Origin: an uncultured Bifidobacterium sp.
GTDB taxonomy: Bacteria > Bacteroidota > Bacteroidia > UKL13-3
NCBI GenBank assembly: GCA_964529175.1
Contig: CAZGVO010000012.1
Coordinates: 12,757 to 76,756, forward strand
Reading direction: 5' to 3'
Length of the DNA: 64,000 bases
Part shown: positions 60,095 to 64,000 of the stretch, one piece after another
Numbering within the stretch: the first letter of the stretch is position 1
Layout: each line of letters opens with the position of its first letter
The notes under the pieces: generated by a model
Database searches by the model: none
Seen by the model: only the letters and a program-made list of their open reading frames with translations
Told to the model about the DNA's origin: nothing
Position numbers and translations under genes: made by a program

Positions 60095-61822
60095 ATGAAG
60101 AAAATACTGTTGTTAGCTTTTGCTGCCCAATTATCCATTTTGTTAAATGCTCAAGTATTGGTGCCTGAAAAAGAAACTATTGCCAATGCAGATGCAGGTC
60201 ATAAAGAAATTGAAGTTGAAAAATCTTTAGATGGTTATAACTCATTTCCAATTGGGAATAAAGGTGTTTTATTAACTTATAAGTCGACTGAGAAGAAAAA
60301 AGGTGGCTTTTATGATTTTAACATAACTAATTATGATACAGCATTTAATGAGGTTGCTAAATACAGTGTGCAAGTGCCGAAAGAATTCACTATTGTAGAA
60401 TATTTAACCGAAAAAGAATGTGGTTATTTGCTTTTAGCTAAAGATTTATTGGATCACCCTAGACCTGGAAAAAGAAAACCAAGTTTTCAACGTAGTTACT
60501 TTTTTGATTACACTATTGTAAAAATTGATTTGAATACTAATAAACTAACCACTTATAATGGTACAAATAACAGAGCTTTATTTTTAACCGAAATGAAGGT
60601 AGTTGATGGCAAAGTAATATTATTAGGAAAACAAGGCGCTTCTGAAAGAAAAATAAATACAGTGCAAACAGCATCAATTGGTTTATTATTTGTACCTGCT
60701 ATATTTTATTCACCTAATTACGATCCTGCTATAATTACCATTGATATGAAGAGTAAAAATTTAATGAAACAAGTTGCATTAAATGATTATTTTAGAGGGG
60801 ATGCCGGGATTTTAGCTGCAAGCTATAACGAAAAAAATGGGGATTTCTCAGCTATAATTAAGCATAAAGTAAAGAAAAAATCAAAGTATTTTTTACGAAA
60901 TACCGAAGAGGGTGTTCTTAAAAGTAATATCAATATTGATTTTCCTGAAAATATGGAAATGTTTCGAGCTAAAATGGAAGTGAAGGATAATAAAAAAGTT
61001 CTTGTTGCCACATATGGCGAAAAATGGGGAGGTAAGTTTTCAGTTATGGATCATAAAACAGAGGGTATTTGTGTTGGATTATTTGAAAATAGTAACAAGG
61101 TAAATATGATAAGAATTCCATGGAAAAAATTTGATAATACCATCACTACTTTAATTGGAAGTAATTCGTTTGATGACGATAAGAAATATAAAAAGGGTGA
61201 TGCCGATGCAGAATTTGAGGTTACATTTAGTAGGATTATTATAAAAGATGGTGAATATGTTTTTTTAGGAGAAATTACACGACCTAGATATTATTACGTT
61301 ACAACAACAACTACTGATGAAAAAGGAAGACGTTCTACAAAAACAGAAACTTTTTATGACGGAATTCAAGTAATAGGTTTGATTAGTTTTGGGGTAAATT
61401 CAGAAGGAACTTTGTTATGGGAAAATGCACATGAATATTATGGTAATATAAGTTTCAAAGTGGATTCAAGAGCAGACTTTTACCAAACTGGAGATGAGCA
61501 ATATACTTCAGTGTATGTTGATAAAAATAATATACCGTATGTTTACAGTTTCCTTAGCGATAATACCACACCTTTACTTTCTGATTTTAGCCAACCATTA
61601 GGTATAAGAAATGGCGATGAAGCTAAATTTGATTACAACTGGCAATTAGGAATGCCTAAACTTTGGTATAAGGATAATTATTATTACCAAGGCTGTTCAA
61701 TAGAAGTAACCTATAAAACTAAAGTGGATGGTAAAAAAGTTAAGTTAGATAAATCGGAGAAAAAAATGATAAAGTACTATTATACTTTTAACAAAATAAG
61801 AATTCCGGTTTTAGGAGAATAA
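60095..61822 (+). CDS. hypothetical secreted protein
   Basis: Signal peptide MKKILLLAFAAQLSILLNAQ, 575 aa, no motif recognised. Confidence 0.4.
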   Translation: MKKILLLAFAAQLSILLNAQVLVPEKETIANADAGHKEIEVEKSLDGYNSFPIGNKGVLLTYKSTEKKKGGFYDFNITNYDTAFNEVAKYSVQVPKEFTIVEYLTEKECGYLLLAKDLLDHPRPGKRKPSFQRSYFFDYTIVKIDLNTNKLTTYNGTNNRALFLTEMKVVDGKVILLGKQGASERKINTVQTASIGLLFVPAIFYSPNYDPAIITIDMKSKNLMKQVALNDYFRGDAGILAASYNEKNGDFSAIIKHKVKKKSKYFLRNTEEGVLKSNINIDFPENMEMFRAKMEVKDNKKVLVATYGEKWGGKFSVMDHKTEGICVGLFENSNKVNMIRIPWKKFDNTITTLIGSNSFDDDKKYKKGDADAEFEVTFSRIIIKDGEYVFLGEITRPRYYYVTTTTTDEKGRRSTKTETFYDGIQVIGLISFGVNSEGTLLWENAHEYYGNISFKVDSRADFYQTGDEQYTSVYVDKNNIPYVYSFLSDNTTPLLSDFSQPLGIRNGDEAKFDYNWQLGMPKLWYKDNYYYQGCSIEVTYKTKVDGKKVKLDKSEKKMIKYYYTFNKIRIPVLGE

Positions 61823-61930
61823 AATAGGTATTAGCTAATAATTAAGATAGGTTGTATTCAATGCTGAATACAGCCTATTTTTGTGAAGTATTTTGACTGA
61901 AATTTTAAATTTATGATATTCAACTTGACT

Positions 61931-62608
61931 TTACTTATAGCTCAACTTAAAGCCAATGCCATGGTAATTAATTATTTCAATTGAGCTGTCGTTAGCTAAG
62001 TATTTACGTAGCTTTGAAATAAATACATCCATGCTGCGGCCCGAAAAGTAATCATCGTTTTTCCATATTTGTTTTAAAATGTACTCGCGTTTTACCATTT
62101 CGTTTTTGTTTACACAAAGTAGTTTTAGTAAATCAGCCTCTTTTTGTGTCAGTTTTTTTCGTGCGTTTGGTGCTTCTAAATCAAGGTTGGTATAGTTAAA
62201 GCAATAGGTGCCTAATTCAAATACATTTTGAGTAGGTTCTTTAACAGTTCGCTTTAAAAATACTTTTATCCTAAATACCAATTCTTCTATATTAAATGGC
62301 TTGATGATATAATCGTCAGCACCTATTTCAAAGCCTTTAATTTTATCTTCTTGCATGCTTTTGGCTGTTAAAAATATAATTGGAATTTCTTTGTTTACCT
62401 GCCTAATATTTTGCGCTAAAGTAAATCCATCTTTTTTAGGCATCATTATATCAAGTACACAAATATCAAAAGTGTTTTTTTCAAATATCTGCCAAGCCAT
62501 TTCACCATTTTCGTAATGAAATACCTCAAACTGATGAGCTTCTAAATTATCTTTAATTACAAAACCTAAGTTTTTATCGTCTTCGGCTAAAAGTATTTTG
62601 GGTTTCAT
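61931..62608 (-). CDS. OmpR-family response regulator
   Basis: Receiver ILLAEDDKNL…DICVLDIMMPKKDG; winged-helix C-terminus. Confidence 0.85.
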   Translation of the reverse strand: MKPKILLAEDDKNLGFVIKDNLEAHQFEVFHYENGEMAWQIFEKNTFDICVLDIMMPKKDGFTLAQNIRQVNKEIPIIFLTAKSMQEDKIKGFEIGADDYIIKPFNIEELVFRIKVFLKRTVKEPTQNVFELGTYCFNYTNLDLEAPNARKKLTQKEADLLKLLCVNKNEMVKREYILKQIWKNDDYFSGRSMDVFISKLRKYLANDSSIEIINYHGIGFKLSYK

Positions 62609-63897
62609 TATGCTATAGGTAAAGTTAAGGTAAACGTAGTGCCTTGGTTTAATTGGCTTTGCAAGGTAATAGTGCCTTTATGTGCTTTGGCTATTAAACT
62701 TACATAGTTTAAGCCAATACCAAAACCTTTGGTATTATGAATATTGCCAGTAGGCACTCTATAAAATTTAGTAAATACCTTTTTTTGATTTTCTTTTACA
62801 ATACCAAGTCCATTATCTGCTATATGTATGCAAATGGTTTGATTGGTTTTGTTTTCGGTAGTAATGGTAATAGTTACTTCTTCAAAGCTGTATTTAATGG
62901 CATTATCTATTAAGTTGGCTATTAAATTACCTAGGTGCATTTTATCGGCATTAATTATAAAATGAGTAGCTTGAGGCTTAAAGTTAAATACTATTTGTTT
63001 ATTAGTATTGTTAGAAATTAGTTGCTGTGCAGTTTGATTGATAAGTTCATGCACATCAAATTTTTCAGTGTTTAATTGTAGCTTGGTTTCCGAGTCGGCA
63101 ATGGATAAAACACGCTCTACTTGATTTTTTAGTTTATTGGCTTCATCTATAATTATGGTGGAATAATTTAGCAAACGTTGAGGATTATTTAATAATTCAC
63201 CATCTTTTAAAGTTTGAGCTGATATGGCTATAGTGGTTAATGGTGTCCTTATTTCGTGAGCCATATTATTAATAAAATCACGTTGAATTTCTGAAAGTCT
63301 GCGTTGTTTTAAAATTACAAATAAACTGTAGCTAAAAAAAATAACTATTATTAACACAATGGCCGATGAATACAACCACAATGCCATTTGGCCAACTATA
63401 CCCGAGGTTTTATGAGGAAAATAAATGGTAAAGTAATAATTATCGGCTTTCCAAGTTGGTAGGTTACTTTTATCTACAGGTTGGTAATTGTCTTCACCAT
63501 CTACATAACCGCCAAAAACAATTTGCTTATTACTACAATCGTAAATGCTATATTCAAATCCTTGTTTTATGTTAAATTTTTTAAACTCAGTTTGTAAATA
63601 ATGCTCCAATACTTCAGCATTTATTTTATCGTTTACCATTACAGCATAATAGTTAGGCTTAAGTTGCTTAACAGGATAAAGGGGCACACTGCTTACATTA
63701 TTGTATTTTAAAATACCTTTTACTACTTCTTTAAGCGCTATGTTTATGTTTTTATCAAATTCTTGCTCTTCGTTTTGGTAGGCTTGGGTAAACCAATATA
63801 GCTGAATGACTACTATGCCAATAATGGCCGAAAGTGCCAATAATACAAATATGCTAATGGTTCTTCTTTTCATAAAGGGTTTAACCGTTTTGAACAA
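62608..63897 (-). CDS. sensor histidine kinase
   Basis: Two TM helices, H-box MAHEIRTPL, N/G boxes (DNGLGI, GFGIGL); 1-nt overlap with the regulator. Confidence 0.85.
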   Translation of the reverse strand: MFKTVKPFMKRRTISIFVLLALSAIIGIVVIQLYWFTQAYQNEEQEFDKNINIALKEVVKGILKYNNVSSVPLYPVKQLKPNYYAVMVNDKINAEVLEHYLQTEFKKFNIKQGFEYSIYDCSNKQIVFGGYVDGEDNYQPVDKSNLPTWKADNYYFTIYFPHKTSGIVGQMALWLYSSAIVLIIVIFFSYSLFVILKQRRLSEIQRDFINNMAHEIRTPLTTIAISAQTLKDGELLNNPQRLLNYSTIIIDEANKLKNQVERVLSIADSETKLQLNTEKFDVHELINQTAQQLISNNTNKQIVFNFKPQATHFIINADKMHLGNLIANLIDNAIKYSFEEVTITITTENKTNQTICIHIADNGLGIVKENQKKVFTKFYRVPTGNIHNTKGFGIGLNYVSLIAKAHKGTITLQSQLNQGTTFTLTLPIA

Positions 63898-64000
63898 ATG
63901 TATTTTATTACCATCAATGTTTTTTCATTACCAACCATATTTAACATTTCATTATGAATTTTTGGCAAATCGTTAACAAAATAGCTGTTTTATAAGTCAC

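Overview
The window looks like a low-GC (about one-third GC) Bacteroidota chromosome segment. Four secreted proteins carry T9SS C-terminal sorting domains (three type A, one gliding-motility type B), which supports that placement. The reading below may be off by ±1-2 nt at one spot (near 15.84 kb my reading disagrees by one base with the ORF-track frame), so hand-placed hairpin and repeat coordinates are approximate; CDS coordinates follow the ORF track.

Most of the window is housekeeping or ordinary chromosomal content: glyA, map, murF, kup, lgt, comEC, the atpZ-like/atpB/E/F/H/A/G operon, cyanophycinase, an M28 peptidase, a DPP3-like M49 peptidase, a two-component system, glycosyltransferases and several Na+/H+ antiporters. 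It is punctuated by clean hairpin + T-run terminators.

The most interesting part is an accessory island at about 24.7-30.9 kb with no mobility genes in view. It contains a 42-bp tandem array (about 6 copies) whose units each carry a 16-bp near-palindrome, two tandem small paralogs of unknown function, and a tightly packed + strand operon. That operon encodes a 99-aa internally triplicated protein, two diverged paralogous PD-(D/E)XK-type nuclease-family proteins (DxD...ExK...QLxRY motifs) and a wHTH-WYL regulator of the BrxR/CapW type. I read this as a candidate undescribed nuclease-based defence or stress module.

Secondary oddities are: a four-gene envelope operon (CsgG-like/TPR, OM beta-barrel, lipoprotein, LPP20-like) in which two envelope proteins carry UVR-like helical repeats; three adjacent signal-peptide surface proteins, two of which end in the same LPV(V/A)N(S/P)I(N/I)AN tail; and AT-rich low-complexity repeat tracts plus a perfect palindrome flanking a USP-antiporter pair. 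No rRNA, tRNA, CRISPR, transposase or integrase was recognised.
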